DNA of 64,000 nt from an uncultured Gammaproteobacteria bacterium (lineage in GTDB: Bacteria > Patescibacteriota > Microgenomatia > Woykebacterales > RBG-16-39-9b). Shown here one piece after another: positions 8,767-19,227 of the stretch. The first letter of the stretch is position 1; each line of letters begins with the position of its first letter. A program made the translations under genes and the position numbers. Under the pieces are notes generated by a model that was given only the letters and a program-made list of their open reading frames with translations, searched no databases and was not told the DNA's origin. The stretch is from positions 138,549 through 202,548 of the forward strand of contig CAYHXX010000001.1 in assembly GCA_964360785.1 (NCBI GenBank), read 5' to 3'.

Positions 8767-8829
8767 TAGCGAGATCTATTAAATTGAGCTGAACATTAGC
8801 TCCGATCAGATCGGAGCGCAGAGCGCGAA

Positions 8830-8852
8830 GCGATCAACTCGCGCGTAAGTGG
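8830..8852 (-). pseudogene. Partial copy of the tRNA-Gly(GCC) 5' end
   Basis: Minus-strand CGCGCGAGTTGATCGC against the tRNA 5' GCGCGAGTAGTTCAGCG. It lies next to the palindrome GCTCCGATCAGATCGGAGC (8806-8824). Confidence 0.45.
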
Positions 8853-8938
8853 TGGCAAATATACCCCAAATAGCCTTGATAGTCAACTTCTAGTAAGGAT
8901 CGCTTGCATTTTTAATTTTAAAGGAGTAATTTGTAGCC

Positions 8939-9418
8939 ATGAGCCTTATTAAAGCCTTATATATCGTTGCAATCGGACTTTTGCTTGCTGCTTTTATTGG
9001 CTTTGGTATTGAAACCTTTTACCCCACCCCCAAAGCACCCGAGTATCCAACTGGTATGGACTATAAAGCAGATGGTGGACCAACTGCTGAAACCAAGGCA
9101 AAACAAGAAGAGTTTGACCAAAAGCAAAAAGATTACGAACCTAGAATCAGCAAGTACAACCAAAATGTTGCTGTAATTGCGATTATTTTGGCAGTATTGC
9201 TACTAACGGCCTCGCTTTTAGGATTGGGTAAAGTCGAAGTAGTGGGTGACGCTGTAACACTTGGAGGTGTCTTTACACTTTTTTACGGGATCATCAGAGC
9301 GATCTCCTCGCAAGAAAATGTTTTTCGTTTTGTGGCCGTGGGAATAGCACTGGTAATAGTAGTCGGTCTCAGCTATTGGCGTTTTTTGAAAGGTTCCAAA
9401 CTACTTAAAATTAAGTAG
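8939..9418 (+). CDS. Membrane protein, hypothetical
   Basis: 159 aa with N- and C-terminal TM helices and a charged central segment. Confidence 0.4.
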   Translation: MSLIKALYIVAIGLLLAAFIGFGIETFYPTPKAPEYPTGMDYKADGGPTAETKAKQEEFDQKQKDYEPRISKYNQNVAVIAIILAVLLLTASLLGLGKVEVVGDAVTLGGVFTLFYGIIRAISSQENVFRFVAVGIALVIVVGLSYWRFLKGSKLLKIK

Positions 9419-9420
9419 AG

Positions 9421-10464
9421 CTAATCTTCCCAGTGACCGCTAGTTAGTCTATTTCTTAACCTACGCAATTTTTCCGTATTTCGATAAAGCAAATATTTTG
9501 GTGACAAAGGCAAATCTTGAGCTCGAAGATAGGTAAATTTGTGACCGCCAAAACCCCGTTTGAACAAACTAAACCCATACCAAGGGTGTCCAGGATAAAA
9601 ATTCTTGTCTTTGACTACTCCCCAAAAGTTATAGTATTTCATTCCCCTTCTTTTAGCTTCGCGAATTGCTTCCCATTGCAGGCTGTAACCGACTGATTGA
9701 CCCTCCACCGCAACTGAAGCGCCGTGCAGATAGCTTGCCATTTCGCCATAAAAGCTGATCAATGCCATTGACTGGATGCTGCCAGCTTTCACGGCTTTGA
9801 AAAGGCGCATTTCGTTGTCTTTCGAGAGGATTTCAAACTGTTTTAGATAGTATTCCTTTGGGTGATTGACGAAATTTTTTCGGGCAGAAGTCGCAAACAA
9901 CATTTCCACAAATTTCTCTGCGTCGCTGTATTGGTCACTGATTTCGACAGTTACTCCTTGCTTCGCCTCATTGCGGACTAAATAGCGGGTAGTCTTGCGC
10001 ATATCCGCAAGTAATTCCTCTTCGGATTTGCTTAGGTCAACCAACCATGCGTCCTCAACTTGGGTAAAGGTCACTGCGCGTTGAAAACCTAAATCGCTAA
10101 ATAGTTTCTGGTTTTCCGTAGTCTCCTCTAGCGAAGGCTCAATCTTGATAAAAATACTGTTGTTTTCTTGGGCCACTACGAGTAAATGTGAAGTAAGAGC
10201 TTGCAACAACTCAGAAGTAAAGTTTTTGACAACCGGACCACGAGGGATATAAAGGTAGTTTCCCAACCTGGTTGGTTGGACTAGAACGAGTGCAATCCCC
10301 ACAAGGTCCTCGCCACTGTAAATACCCAAGCGAATTATTTTTTTACCAATTTGTTGGTTGAACTCCCCCCAATTGTAGCTTTGGAGAAAGTTGTTTGGGG
10401 AAGTTGAAAGCGAAAAAACTTCCCAAACCATTTTGTCGCTTATTTCACGTATCTGAAAGCTCAT
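9421..10464 (-). CDS. FemAB-family peptidyltransferase-like protein (peptidoglycan interpeptide-bridge formation), GNAT-fold
   Basis: 347 aa; C-terminal block KYYNFWGV...FKRGFGG resembles FemX/FemAB and Acetyltransf_6. Confidence 0.5.
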   Translation of the reverse strand: MSFQIREISDKMVWEVFSLSTSPNNFLQSYNWGEFNQQIGKKIIRLGIYSGEDLVGIALVLVQPTRLGNYLYIPRGPVVKNFTSELLQALTSHLLVVAQENNSIFIKIEPSLEETTENQKLFSDLGFQRAVTFTQVEDAWLVDLSKSEEELLADMRKTTRYLVRNEAKQGVTVEISDQYSDAEKFVEMLFATSARKNFVNHPKEYYLKQFEILSKDNEMRLFKAVKAGSIQSMALISFYGEMASYLHGASVAVEGQSVGYSLQWEAIREAKRRGMKYYNFWGVVKDKNFYPGHPWYGFSLFKRGFGGHKFTYLRAQDLPLSPKYLLYRNTEKLRRLRNRLTSGHWED

Positions 10465-10559
10465 TGCTAAAATTGTTTCATGTTTGGGGAAAAGAGTAAA
10501 GGATTTGGATCCGGGGCTAGGACATGGAGTTTTCGCGTTGCGAAAAGCGAACCTATATC

Positions 10560-10633
10560 TGGCTGCGGGACAGGGATTCGAACCCCGATAAGCAGATCCA
10601 GATTCTGCTGTCCTACCGTTAGACGATCCCGCA
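10560..10633 (-). tRNA. tRNA-Gln(CTG)
   Basis: TGCGGGATCGTCTAACGGTAGGACAGCAGAATCTGGATCTGCTTATCGGGGTTCGAATCCCTGTCCCGCAGCCA. U1-A72 and G73 are typical of Gln; anticodon loop ATCTGGA. Confidence 0.8.
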
Positions 10634-10639
10634 ACAAAA

Positions 10640-10700
10640 AATAACTGTCCTGTCCGCCAGCTGGCGGATTGGATGCTAAAAGCATCTGCCCGCTAGACGA
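10640..10700. repeat. Palindrome CCGCCAGCTGGCGG plus a partial tRNA-Gln(CTG) 5' fragment
   Basis: The sequence gtccgccagctggcggattgg (10651-10672) shares a 20-mer with 37094-37117. tagacgatcccgg (10686-10698) duplicates the tRNA 5' region tagacgatcccgc. Confidence 0.6.
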
Positions 10701-10799
10701 TCCCGGAATGTTCTGGCATTTTAGCAAATCTGGCTTGGATTCTCAATTACAAACAAAAAGACCGCCTTGCAGCGGTCTTTTTTTGAATTCGTTTTTAGT

Positions 10800-11264
10800 T
10801 TATCTTGTTGCTTCAATACCTAATCCTTCACCTCCCGCAACCGCAACTTTGATTCGATTACCTGGAAGTCTGGTGATCCGATACTTTGTGTCGTAGGCCG
10901 CTGCACAAGAGCTGAAACTTCCGCCAGTATCAAATGGGAGAGAAGCTATGTAGGTTGGCACAATATCGCTACAAATAACCGCCTCTACATTGCCAACGCT
11001 ATCGTCTGTTTTTATATCAGCAACTTGACTCTCAGGTATTGTACCTAAGTTTCCCGGTAGGTTTCCTTCTTTAACGTAAAACTGATTAACGGCGTTGAGA
11101 ATTTGCAAAACGTCATTTTTTCGCTTTACATTACGGGCGTCCTTGGAATTTTCTGTTGGGTTGATTGCTACTAAGACAATGGTAGCGAGAATGGTCAATA
11201 AGGCAATGACGACGATTACTTCGATTAATGTAAACCCTGATTGAGTTTTAATTTTGGACAGCAT
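10800..11264 (-). CDS. Type IV pilin (major pilin candidate)
   Basis: Class III signal ...KTQSG/FTLIEVIVVIALLTILATIV; C-terminal Cys pair (disulfide loop). Confidence 0.8.
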   Translation of the reverse strand: MLSKIKTQSGFTLIEVIVVIALLTILATIVLVAINPTENSKDARNVKRKNDVLQILNAVNQFYVKEGNLPGNLGTIPESQVADIKTDDSVGNVEAVICSDIVPTYIASLPFDTGGSFSSCAAAYDTKYRITRLPGNRIKVAVAGGEGLGIEATR

Positions 11265-11266
11265 AA

Positions 11267-12718
11267 TTACTTTCTCCCGACTATAATAATAATATCGAAT
11301 TGATCATTTTCTTTTAAAAGATCGCCTCTAATTACAGAATATCGCTCTGAAAGAGTACTTGTCAAGTCTGTTAGTATCGCCTCTTTACTTGCCTTATACT
11401 GAAGCACCGTTTGTTCGTAATTGGTTGTTGGGGCGTTACCGACAGCAGGTACATTGTAACCTCTGGAAACGAGAAAAACTTTGGTTTGGTTGGCAAGTCC
11501 TTTAGTACCAGTACCGTTGAGAACCTCAATCGTGTAGTCTTGTTTATTTATAATCGGGACAGGTGGTTGAGACTTTGGTTCTTCCACAGGTTCTTCTACG
11601 ATTTTAGCCGAAGGTGTACTTGCAGGTTTTTCCGCTTTTTGATCTACAGGGGTCTTTATCTCATTATCTTGCTTTTTTGAAAATAAATTTTCGCGAATAA
11701 AGCCAACTGCGAATATAAGTAAGATTATTCCTAAAAGTACAGCCACAACTTTTACAAAGGAATGAAGATTAAGCGGCTCTCTATTTTTTTTGTGGGCCTC
11801 TACAATACTTCCTGTAAATTTCTTACCCGTGAAATTCAATTCGTTATAAGTGCCAATACTTAAAAATAAGTTTTTATAATAGTTGATTAAATCACTGGTT
11901 TCTTCAGCCTTAAACCGAGGCAACAAGTCAACTACCTCAACGTTAAGTTTTTCTTCAGCAAGATAAATTTTTACTATTTGCGCTTCACTACCGACAACAA
12001 AAACATTGTGTAAAGAAATTTGTTCTTTGTTGTGGTTGGTAAACGCCACTTTAACCAAATTCTTAAAAGTTTTTACAATTAATTCCTTGGAACTTTCAAG
12101 CGTCGTGGTCAACTTAAGGGAAGCTGAAAAAACAATGGTTTGATTGATTACTTGTGCAAATTGCAAACTCTGGTCCTCGATTAAAACAAAGAGATAGGAT
12201 TCAGCTTCTTTAGCAAGCATATTTAGACAAGCTAATGGAATTGGTGACATACTCACAAGTTCAAAACCACTATTTTCGAAAATTGAGACAAAATCTCGAA
12301 GCAGTAAAAATTTGGTGCTGACAATCTGCGTGCTGTTTTTAACTCTTTGTAGGTACTTTACACATGCCTCCTGTAAAGAAAAGGGTAGGTTTATGGTTAG
12401 AAACTTAGAAATTGTTTCCTGTTTCCCTACGATACTATCGGAAAGATCAAGTTTGTGAAAAAAAACTTCTTGTTCGTTGATTCCAAAAATAATTTTTCTA
12501 GTTTTCAGGTTAGATTTATTTCTAAGCAAGAAACCGCGTACTTCTTCCTTAAAACGAACGAGATCAGCGATTTTTTCGTCAAAGACTACCCCCTCGGGGA
12601 GAGTTTTTTGATCTGTAAAAATAACTTTCGGTTTTTTAAAAGCCAGATCAATTACGACTGCTTTGAGGGCAAGATCTGAAAACGTTAAAAAGATAAACTT
12701 TTTGCTTGAAAGCAACAT
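11267..12718 (-). CDS. PilM-like (actin-like) pilus assembly protein fused to a TM segment and a C-terminal LytR_C-like domain
   Basis: N-terminal ~300 aa PilM/FtsA-like; TM helix LLGIILLIFAVGF; C-terminal IEVLNGTGTKGLA...VGNA...DIIIIVG matches the LytR_C pattern. Confidence 0.5.
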   Translation of the reverse strand: MLLSSKKFIFLTFSDLALKAVVIDLAFKKPKVIFTDQKTLPEGVVFDEKIADLVRFKEEVRGFLLRNKSNLKTRKIIFGINEQEVFFHKLDLSDSIVGKQETISKFLTINLPFSLQEACVKYLQRVKNSTQIVSTKFLLLRDFVSIFENSGFELVSMSPIPLACLNMLAKEAESYLFVLIEDQSLQFAQVINQTIVFSASLKLTTTLESSKELIVKTFKNLVKVAFTNHNKEQISLHNVFVVGSEAQIVKIYLAEEKLNVEVVDLLPRFKAEETSDLINYYKNLFLSIGTYNELNFTGKKFTGSIVEAHKKNREPLNLHSFVKVVAVLLGIILLIFAVGFIRENLFSKKQDNEIKTPVDQKAEKPASTPSAKIVEEPVEEPKSQPPVPIINKQDYTIEVLNGTGTKGLANQTKVFLVSRGYNVPAVGNAPTTNYEQTVLQYKASKEAILTDLTSTLSERYSVIRGDLLKENDQFDIIIIVGRK

Positions 12719-12738
12719 AAATTAAATTGTACCATCCT

Positions 12739-13128
12739 TCACGGGAGCTCTTTCCAACAACAATAAGTGACTTTTGAATTTGCAATTGTGGCTTGAACCT
12801 GTATCTTTTTAACAATAGTATCGTTTGTACTTGTAATCGATACCGTACAGAGTGACCCAACTAGATTGTAGGAAACTTTTACTGTCGAGGTATCGATTGT
12901 TAAAGTGTCTTCGGGATTTCCACAGCTATTTGGTGCACGAACCAGTCTTAGTAAAGCGTATTCTGCGCCGGATTCTGCTCCGTAATAAGCTGACTGGGAG
13001 GTTTCAGTCAAAAAGTTGTTCTTTGCTAAAGTAACCGCCGTAAGAGTGACTCCTGTGAGAATCGTGATCGACAGAGCGATTGCGAAAATTAAAATAATTA
13101 AAGCTTGTCCGGACTCATTCTTTCTCAT
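12739..13128 (-). CDS. PilX-like minor pilin
   Basis: Hydrophobic N-terminus GQALIILIFAIALSI followed by SQSAYYGAESGAEYAL, the PilX N-terminal signature. Confidence 0.5.
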   Translation of the reverse strand: MRKNESGQALIILIFAIALSITILTGVTLTAVTLAKNNFLTETSQSAYYGAESGAEYALLRLVRAPNSCGNPEDTLTIDTSTVKVSYNLVGSLCTVSITSTNDTIVKKIQVQATIANSKVTYCCWKELP

Positions 13129-13640
13129 CTTGTCGTCACCACAATTTCGTAATTTTTGGTTTGGTTTCCTTGTTGGGTGGCTTTTACGTCAGTCAAAGCA
13201 AAATTAATCTTAACTGACAATTTCCCGCCGACAGATCCTAAAGCTTGAAAAGAAAGATTACTAACATTGGTCAGGTCTGTATTCAGATTGGCTGAAGTTG
13301 TCGTTACCCCAACTGTTTTTTGATAAAGTAAGTTACTTCCCGATAGACTAAAGGTATGAGTTTCTGAACCACTTGTCAGAGTCAGGCTAGTTGTAGCTGG
13401 GCCAGCGAGTACAGGAGTTGTAATCGTATCTGAGTTGCGAATCTCGTAATTTAATCGAGAGGTTATAAATCCAGCGTCAATAAGCAAACCCGACTGACTC
13501 TCCGACTCTGTTTTTAAAGATCCGCTAGTAATCAAAAGATCAACCACGACAAAAATAATTATCGAAAAAAGTGCAATGTAAAGAATTACTTCTATTAGAC
13601 TTGTTCCTCTCTGTGAGTGCTTTTTAATAAATTTATTCAT
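13125..13640 (-). CDS. Prepilin-type minor pilin / pseudopilin
   Basis: QRG/TSLIEVILYIALFSIIIFVVV prepilin cleavage and methylation motif. Confidence 0.55.
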   Translation of the reverse strand: MNKFIKKHSQRGTSLIEVILYIALFSIIIFVVVDLLITSGSLKTESESQSGLLIDAGFITSRLNYEIRNSDTITTPVLAGPATTSLTLTSGSETHTFSLSGSNLLYQKTVGVTTTSANLNTDLTNVSNLSFQALGSVGGKLSVKINFALTDVKATQQGNQTKNYEIVVTTR

Positions 13641-15586
13641 GGCGAATAGTTAATATTGACATCGCTTAAAGTTGGAGTTAACTGACCATCACTAGTAAAA
13701 AAGGCTTTGTAGCGCAAGTACCTTCCACTTATCCTGTTTAAAGGGATTGGCCCTGGAGCCGTAAAAAAAGACCCTAAAATACCATCCGCTCCGAAATAAT
13801 CCCATGGCCCACTGGAATTATTGCTTGTAGCAACCTGAAGTGCGAGAGTAGTATTTGCGGTTTTAAGTTCTGTCCAGGTAATATTATTGAAAGCAGCATT
13901 GTCAACTCCGGTATCAAAACTTGTTAATAATGAGTGGGATGTAAAGTCGCCGGAAGTAGAATAAGTAGAGCTAGCTTGAGTTGTAAAATAAAAGCCTGCG
14001 ATATCCATATTGGAGTTTGTATCTGTCCAAGTTGAGCCCGAATTACCACTTGCGGTATAAACAGAATTTATTCCGTCATAAGTAATGGAGTCGTACTCTG
14101 GTAACTTTGTACCAGTAATTCTATAAATATGATAATAGTTTGTAAGGTTGGAAAGCGGTGATTTCAAGAAAATCCTATAAGTGTGCCCATCCGTCAACAC
14201 TTGCGACGTCAAAAAAGTATATTTTTTATAAGTAAAAGTCGTATCGACTGTATTACGTGTAGCTAAAGTAACCCCTTCAACCATTTTTATTATGTTGTTG
14301 GTAGTAACATCCCACAGATCCAGGTATAAATCATCCAACGGTACTGTATTACTGTTCCTGGCAACAAAAAAAGAAATTTCAGTGACAATTTTGTCACCCC
14401 CGCTAACAGTAAATTTCTCGCCGATCCTAGAACTACTTGAAATTCTCGAAAGTGTGAAATTAATAAATGGATTACCCTCATAGGTTGAATCAGAATAATC
14501 CAGTTCGTAAATAGGCTGTTGATTCAGAACTAACCAAGGAGCGGCGGCACCGGCTTTGAATAAAGTATTGGAATTGAGATCAATCGCCTGTGTTTTTGGT
14601 ATTAAATAATTAAGTGGGGTTGTACTGCCAACATTAATATATCTATTCGAAGCCGGTGTTCCGAAGGGCTCAACAACCAAATGATAAACTGTTCCAACCG
14701 TAACATTAACTGGAGTCCCTAAAGGTACTGTATTCCAACCAATAGAGTTAGTGGGAAAGATTCTGGCTCCCAAAAATACACCTGAAGGTAATCCAGCCGA
14801 ATCAGATTGCAAACTGTAGCGGTATGATCTACTATTTTGTGACTCTCTTAAATAAACCCGGACTGCAATAACGGGTTTTGTTGCTTGGGCAGTAAACTTT
14901 ATTGAGGTTTTGTGACCGAGTGTTGTCATTCGCCCAACCGACGATTGCGCTAGAACCTGAAACTTGTTGCCATAATCAACACCTGCAGTGGGATTTGATG
15001 AAAGTTCAACTGCACCTGCAACACCGCTTCCCCCGGAAGTAACAACCGTATTTGTCCTTGCACCTGAGTTAAAGTCTGCTTGGTTAGTTTGTGTCCAAAC
15101 AGTGTTATTGAAATTTCTGGTCAAATATAGGCTCGAACTGATCGACTGGTTTCCAAGAAAAGACCAACTGACCGTGGCAGTAATTTTTTTAGTCGCAGGA
15201 TCAGTGATCGAACCAGGAAAAGAACAATCGACAGGTAACGATGTTGCCTGCAAGCGACAAACATTGGCAACAGTAAATCCGTGGGTAAGATTGTTTTCAA
15301 ATATCGTACCGGGTTTAACTTCCCAAATGTTTAAGTTTTGCTCGACGTGATAAGTTCCGGTTGTAGAAAAGCTACTCCAGCTAGTTTCTTTAATTGAACG
15401 CAGAGCCTCGACCTCCTTTTGAAGCAATAATTTAGCCTTCGTACTAGTACTTGTACGGTTAAGAGCTTCTCGGACTGAAATAATTCCCAGTACAAAAGTA
15501 GTCAAGAAGAAACTCGCGATTGAGATTGCTAGAATTAACTCGATTAGGGCTTGTCCATGGTTATCAGCAACCACCGTTTTGCGCAT
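13637..15586 (-). CDS. Large (649 aa) prepilin-like protein, candidate pilus tip or adhesin subunit
   Basis: N-terminal GQALIELILAISIASFFL pilin-like helix, followed by a long Ser/Thr/Asn-rich beta-rich region. Confidence 0.5.
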   Translation of the reverse strand: MRKTVVADNHGQALIELILAISIASFFLTTFVLGIISVREALNRTSTSTKAKLLLQKEVEALRSIKETSWSSFSTTGTYHVEQNLNIWEVKPGTIFENNLTHGFTVANVCRLQATSLPVDCSFPGSITDPATKKITATVSWSFLGNQSISSSLYLTRNFNNTVWTQTNQADFNSGARTNTVVTSGGSGVAGAVELSSNPTAGVDYGNKFQVLAQSSVGRMTTLGHKTSIKFTAQATKPVIAVRVYLRESQNSRSYRYSLQSDSAGLPSGVFLGARIFPTNSIGWNTVPLGTPVNVTVGTVYHLVVEPFGTPASNRYINVGSTTPLNYLIPKTQAIDLNSNTLFKAGAAAPWLVLNQQPIYELDYSDSTYEGNPFINFTLSRISSSSRIGEKFTVSGGDKIVTEISFFVARNSNTVPLDDLYLDLWDVTTNNIIKMVEGVTLATRNTVDTTFTYKKYTFLTSQVLTDGHTYRIFLKSPLSNLTNYYHIYRITGTKLPEYDSITYDGINSVYTASGNSGSTWTDTNSNMDIAGFYFTTQASSTYSTSGDFTSHSLLTSFDTGVDNAAFNNITWTELKTANTTLALQVATSNNSSGPWDYFGADGILGSFFTAPGPIPLNRISGRYLRYKAFFTSDGQLTPTLSDVNINYSP

Positions 15587-16085
15587 TTATAACTCCAAGA
15601 AAATTAGTAGTAAGTAGAATTCGATTATTTAGGGTATCTGCTAGACAAAGGTTATTTTTTGTTTGATCGAAATTTTGCACCTCTCCGGCAAGCTTTGAAA
15701 AAACAATATTGTTACAGTCGTTGGGACTAGAAGGACAAGGTAAATTCGGGTTAATTGAAAGTCCAGTGGGGACAGCCACTGAAAAATTGTTTGTATCGGC
15801 TGGATTGAAAACCGTTCCTCTAAAGATAGTGTAACTATTTACACTAAAATGAACTCCAAACTCGCTAGCGGTTGGTTGTCCGAAAGTTTCTGAGTGCATG
15901 GCTTTGGTTTGAGCGTCTTTTAGGTTGGCTGTTATGTCCTTTGCCAAACTATTCACTTCTTCTCGAGCCAAGGGATTGAAAAGGTTAGGTGTCAATAAAG
16001 ACAAGATTACAACGAAAAATGATACTACCAAAAGAATTTCGATCAGAGAAAAACCATTTTCTGAATGGGCAGTAAGTTTTTCCAT
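15564..16085 (-). CDS. Type IV pilin-like protein
   Basis: A likely true start MEKLTAHSENG/FSLIEILLVVSFFVV sits at 16085. The longer ORF start at 16154 would overlap pilC. Confidence 0.55.
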   Translation of the reverse strand: MEKLTAHSENGFSLIEILLVVSFFVVILSLLTPNLFNPLAREEVNSLAKDITANLKDAQTKAMHSETFGQPTASEFGVHFSVNSYTIFRGTVFNPADTNNFSVAVPTGLSINPNLPCPSSPNDCNNIVFSKLAGEVQNFDQTKNNLCLADTLNNRILLTTNFLGVINAQNGGC

Positions 16086-16086
16086 A

Positions 16087-17169
16087 CTACTGACGATTGA
16101 TTGAACCGATACCTTGATAGATAGGCAAAACAACGGAGACAAGCACCAGTGCAACCATAACTGCGATAAATATAATCAGTACGGGTTCAATAATTACAGT
16201 TAAATTTTTTATTATCTCGGTGAATTTGTGCTCATAAAATTCCGCAATGTCGGTTAAGGATTTATCTAGTTTTCCACTCTCCTCCCCAACACCAATAACA
16301 CGCCGCAGTAACGACGGGAAGCTTTTTGAAGATGTTTTCATACCTTTTGCTAATGACGACCCTTCAGTTAGCTGGATAATAACTCTTTCAAGCTCGCCAC
16401 GTAATTTTTCTGAAGCTACAACATTTTTCGAGATTTCTAAAGCATTGATAATCGGAACACCGGCACTCAAAAGCAACCCGGTGGTCTGGGCGAAACTCGA
16501 AAAATCCCTCAGCCGAATAAGATTGGAGATCCCAGGTAGGCTAAATAGAAAATTCAAAAAAACTTTTTTAATTCTACGGATTTTGAGAAGAAGGTATAAC
16601 AAAAAGACGAAAACGGCTATAACTACAATAAATGTTTCCTTATTGTCACCAAACCAAAGAGCCATTTTTAGGATTGTGGAGGAGTAAACTGGCAGATTTA
16701 ATCGCAAATCAAAAAAGACCTGAGCAACCTTTGGTAATGAATACCCAAAGACCAAAAAAGCGACCAAAAACAAAACAGTGATAATTATTGCGGGATAAAA
16801 AAGGGCTGATTTGATATCCCCTTTAGTTTCAATATTTTTCTTCAGGTTTTTCGCAGCACTTTGTAAGACAGAATCCAGCTTTCCACTAGCCTCACCAGAT
16901 TTGACAATACTTAGGAAAACCGGGTCGAAACTCTCAGGAAAACGTCCAAAGCTTTCAGAAAGTGACTTTCCGTTATTTATCTCCTCAGTGATTGTTTTGA
17001 CTACCTTTTTGGTTTTTATGCTGCTGGTATCTTCGTCAATTGAGCTCAGAGCTTCAGTTATCGGAATACCTGAGGCAAGCATAGTCGCAAGACTTTCGAG
17101 TACGAACAAATTCTCAGCATCTGTGAGTTTAATATTTTTTGCTTTAGAAAAAAAAGTTGGCAGTTTCAT
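16087..17169 (-). CDS. pilC: Type IV pilus inner-membrane platform protein PilC (GspF family)
   Basis: 360 aa, duplicated T2SS_F-like domains, three TM segments. Confidence 0.85.
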   Translation of the reverse strand: MKLPTFFSKAKNIKLTDAENLFVLESLATMLASGIPITEALSSIDEDTSSIKTKKVVKTITEEINNGKSLSESFGRFPESFDPVFLSIVKSGEASGKLDSVLQSAAKNLKKNIETKGDIKSALFYPAIIITVLFLVAFLVFGYSLPKVAQVFFDLRLNLPVYSSTILKMALWFGDNKETFIVVIAVFVFLLYLLLKIRRIKKVFLNFLFSLPGISNLIRLRDFSSFAQTTGLLLSAGVPIINALEISKNVVASEKLRGELERVIIQLTEGSSLAKGMKTSSKSFPSLLRRVIGVGEESGKLDKSLTDIAEFYEHKFTEIIKNLTVIIEPVLIIFIAVMVALVLVSVVLPIYQGIGSINRQ

Positions 17170-17172
17170 ACT

Positions 17173-18858
17173 TTATTCCCTAACCGCTCCGAAAATTTCC
17201 TCAACTGTTGTCTGACCAGCCTGCACTTTACCTAAACCATCAAGCAGCATTCGACTGAAACCTTCCTTTTTTGCCTCGGCCTCGATTTCATTTATTGGAG
17301 CTTTAGAATAAATTAGTTCTTTAATTTTTTCGTCAATTTTTAAGACCTCAAAAATCCCAATTCTGCCGTGGAAACCTTCGTTATTACAGACTTTGCACCC
17401 TTTGCCACGGTGTTGTTTTGCCGATCTCAGAAAACTCTCAGGAATTTCATCGCCAAATTCGGTTTTTAACAGTTTGAGCATATCCGGTTTGATATCCTCG
17501 ACCACCAAACAACTTTGGCAATTGCGCGAAACCAACCTCTGAGCGATAACCAAACTCAGACTTGATCCGATTAGATAAGGCTGGGCACCAAGATCGATCA
17601 ACCTTGGTATCGCTCCAATGGCGTCGTTTGTGTGTAAAGTCGAGAGTACCAAATGTCCGGTTAAAGCCGAGTGAATAGCAATTTCGGCTGTTTCTTGATC
17701 ACGAATCTCTCCGACAAGAATAATGTCTGGGTCATGACGTAAAATCGACCGCAAACCATTGGCAAAAGTTAACCCAGCTGCTGGATTAACTTGTGTTTGG
17801 TTGACCCGTGCCAAACCGTACTCGATTGGGTCTTCGATTGTACAAATATTGACCTCGGCAGTATTTAAAATTGTCATTATATTGTACAAAGTTGTTGTTT
17901 TCCCACTCCCGGTCGGTCCAGTCGAAAGAATCATGCCGTGAGGTTTGCTCAGCTCTTCTTCAATTTTCTGCAAATTGGAACCAGATAAACCTAAGCCCTC
18001 AAGGGTCTTGGGTCGAGCTGCAGACGAAAGTAAACGCAACACCGCATCTTCGCCATGATAGGTTGGTAGAATTGAGACTCGGACTGAGATCTCGTCTACC
18101 CGGTGTTTAAAACGAAAACGCCCGTCCTGAGGTATGCGATGTTCGTCGGTACGCAAATTTGCTAGTATTTTTATACGAGTTATCAAACCAGATTGAATTT
18201 TGTCAGGTAAATCAAGCACGTCTTTGAGTTTCCCATCCACCCGGAAACGTACTACAAGACGGTCTCCAACGTTCTCGATATGTATATCGGAAGCTTGTTC
18301 ACTGGCAGCATAATCAAGCAGAGCGTCTAAAATTTTGACGACCGGCAAATCTTGGGCACTGAGAATTACCATTTTTTCAGCTTGAGAAACATTTTCAGAA
18401 ATCGCCTTTTCAAAATCCAACTGGATATCCTTCCGATATTGGTCCAAGCCTTCATCCAAAACTGCGGGTAAGCTAAAATATGTTTCTACCAAAAAAGCGG
18501 TTTTCTTCTTAATGAATTCTATTGTTTCGATATCATCTGGGTTTTCCATTGCAAGAAACAGCGTCTTATCGTGTTTATCAAATATTAAGATTCTTTTTTC
18601 GCTAGCAAATTTTTCATCTATAAGATTTAGGATTTCATCGGGGATTATTTTGTTGCGCAAGTCAACATATGGGTACCCAAGAGTTTCAGCTAGAATTTGG
18701 CCCAAAAATTTCTCAACTAAAATTCCCCTTTCGATCAAGACATCAACCAAAGATCGGTTTTGATCGTGGGCAATTTTTTCCGCCTGCTTCAAGTCGTCAT
18801 TTGTGACAAAACCGGATTTAATAACGGAATCTTTTATCTCTTGATTTGATAATTTCAT
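17173..18858 (-). CDS. pilB: Type IV pilus assembly ATPase PilB (GspE family)
   Basis: Walker A GPTGSGKTTT; Asp box and His box; C-terminal CxxC...CxxC. Confidence 0.9.
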   Translation of the reverse strand: MKLSNQEIKDSVIKSGFVTNDDLKQAEKIAHDQNRSLVDVLIERGILVEKFLGQILAETLGYPYVDLRNKIIPDEILNLIDEKFASEKRILIFDKHDKTLFLAMENPDDIETIEFIKKKTAFLVETYFSLPAVLDEGLDQYRKDIQLDFEKAISENVSQAEKMVILSAQDLPVVKILDALLDYAASEQASDIHIENVGDRLVVRFRVDGKLKDVLDLPDKIQSGLITRIKILANLRTDEHRIPQDGRFRFKHRVDEISVRVSILPTYHGEDAVLRLLSSAARPKTLEGLGLSGSNLQKIEEELSKPHGMILSTGPTGSGKTTTLYNIMTILNTAEVNICTIEDPIEYGLARVNQTQVNPAAGLTFANGLRSILRHDPDIILVGEIRDQETAEIAIHSALTGHLVLSTLHTNDAIGAIPRLIDLGAQPYLIGSSLSLVIAQRLVSRNCQSCLVVEDIKPDMLKLLKTEFGDEIPESFLRSAKQHRGKGCKVCNNEGFHGRIGIFEVLKIDEKIKELIYSKAPINEIEAEAKKEGFSRMLLDGLGKVQAGQTTVEEIFGAVRE

Positions 18859-19227
18859 TTAATTTATGTATTTTCTGACTATTTCAACAATCTGCTCTGG
18901 TGTTACATTAGTTTTTACAACGGTTTCTTTTACTCCCAATTTCATCGCTTCATTAACTTCCTCTGATCCAGTATTGAGGTTGGTCAAAACAAGCACTGGT
19001 GTGTCTTTCAACTCCTCTTCCGCTCTAAGTTTACTCAAAAGCTCTACTCCCCCCATTTTTGGCATCATTAAATCCAAAATTATAAGATTTGGTTTCTGTT
19101 CTTTAATTTTGCTAAAGCCTTCTTCGCCGTTAAATGCAACTTCAAGATCAATCCCCTCACGGGCAAATTTCTTTTGGTACATTTTTACAAACAGTTCATC
19201 ATCCTCAACTAAAAAAACTTTACTCAT
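18859..19227 (-). CDS. Stand-alone CheY-like response regulator receiver protein
   Basis: The start MSKVFLVEDDE... was chosen at 19227. Canonical acid pocket, LDLMMP phospho-Asp, T and K residues. No output domain. Confidence 0.75.
   Translation of the reverse strand: MSKVFLVEDDELFVKMYQKKFAREGIDLEVAFNGEEGFSKIKEQKPNLIILDLMMPKMGGVELLSKLRAEEELKDTPVLVLTNLNTGSEEVNEAMKLGVKETVVKTNVTPEQIVEIVRKYIN

Noticed and set aside
10467-10896. Short ORFs (86 and 75 aa) around tRNA-Gln(CTG)
   Set aside because: They overlap the tRNA and the palindrome/tRNA-fragment region. There is no RBS or recognisable motif.
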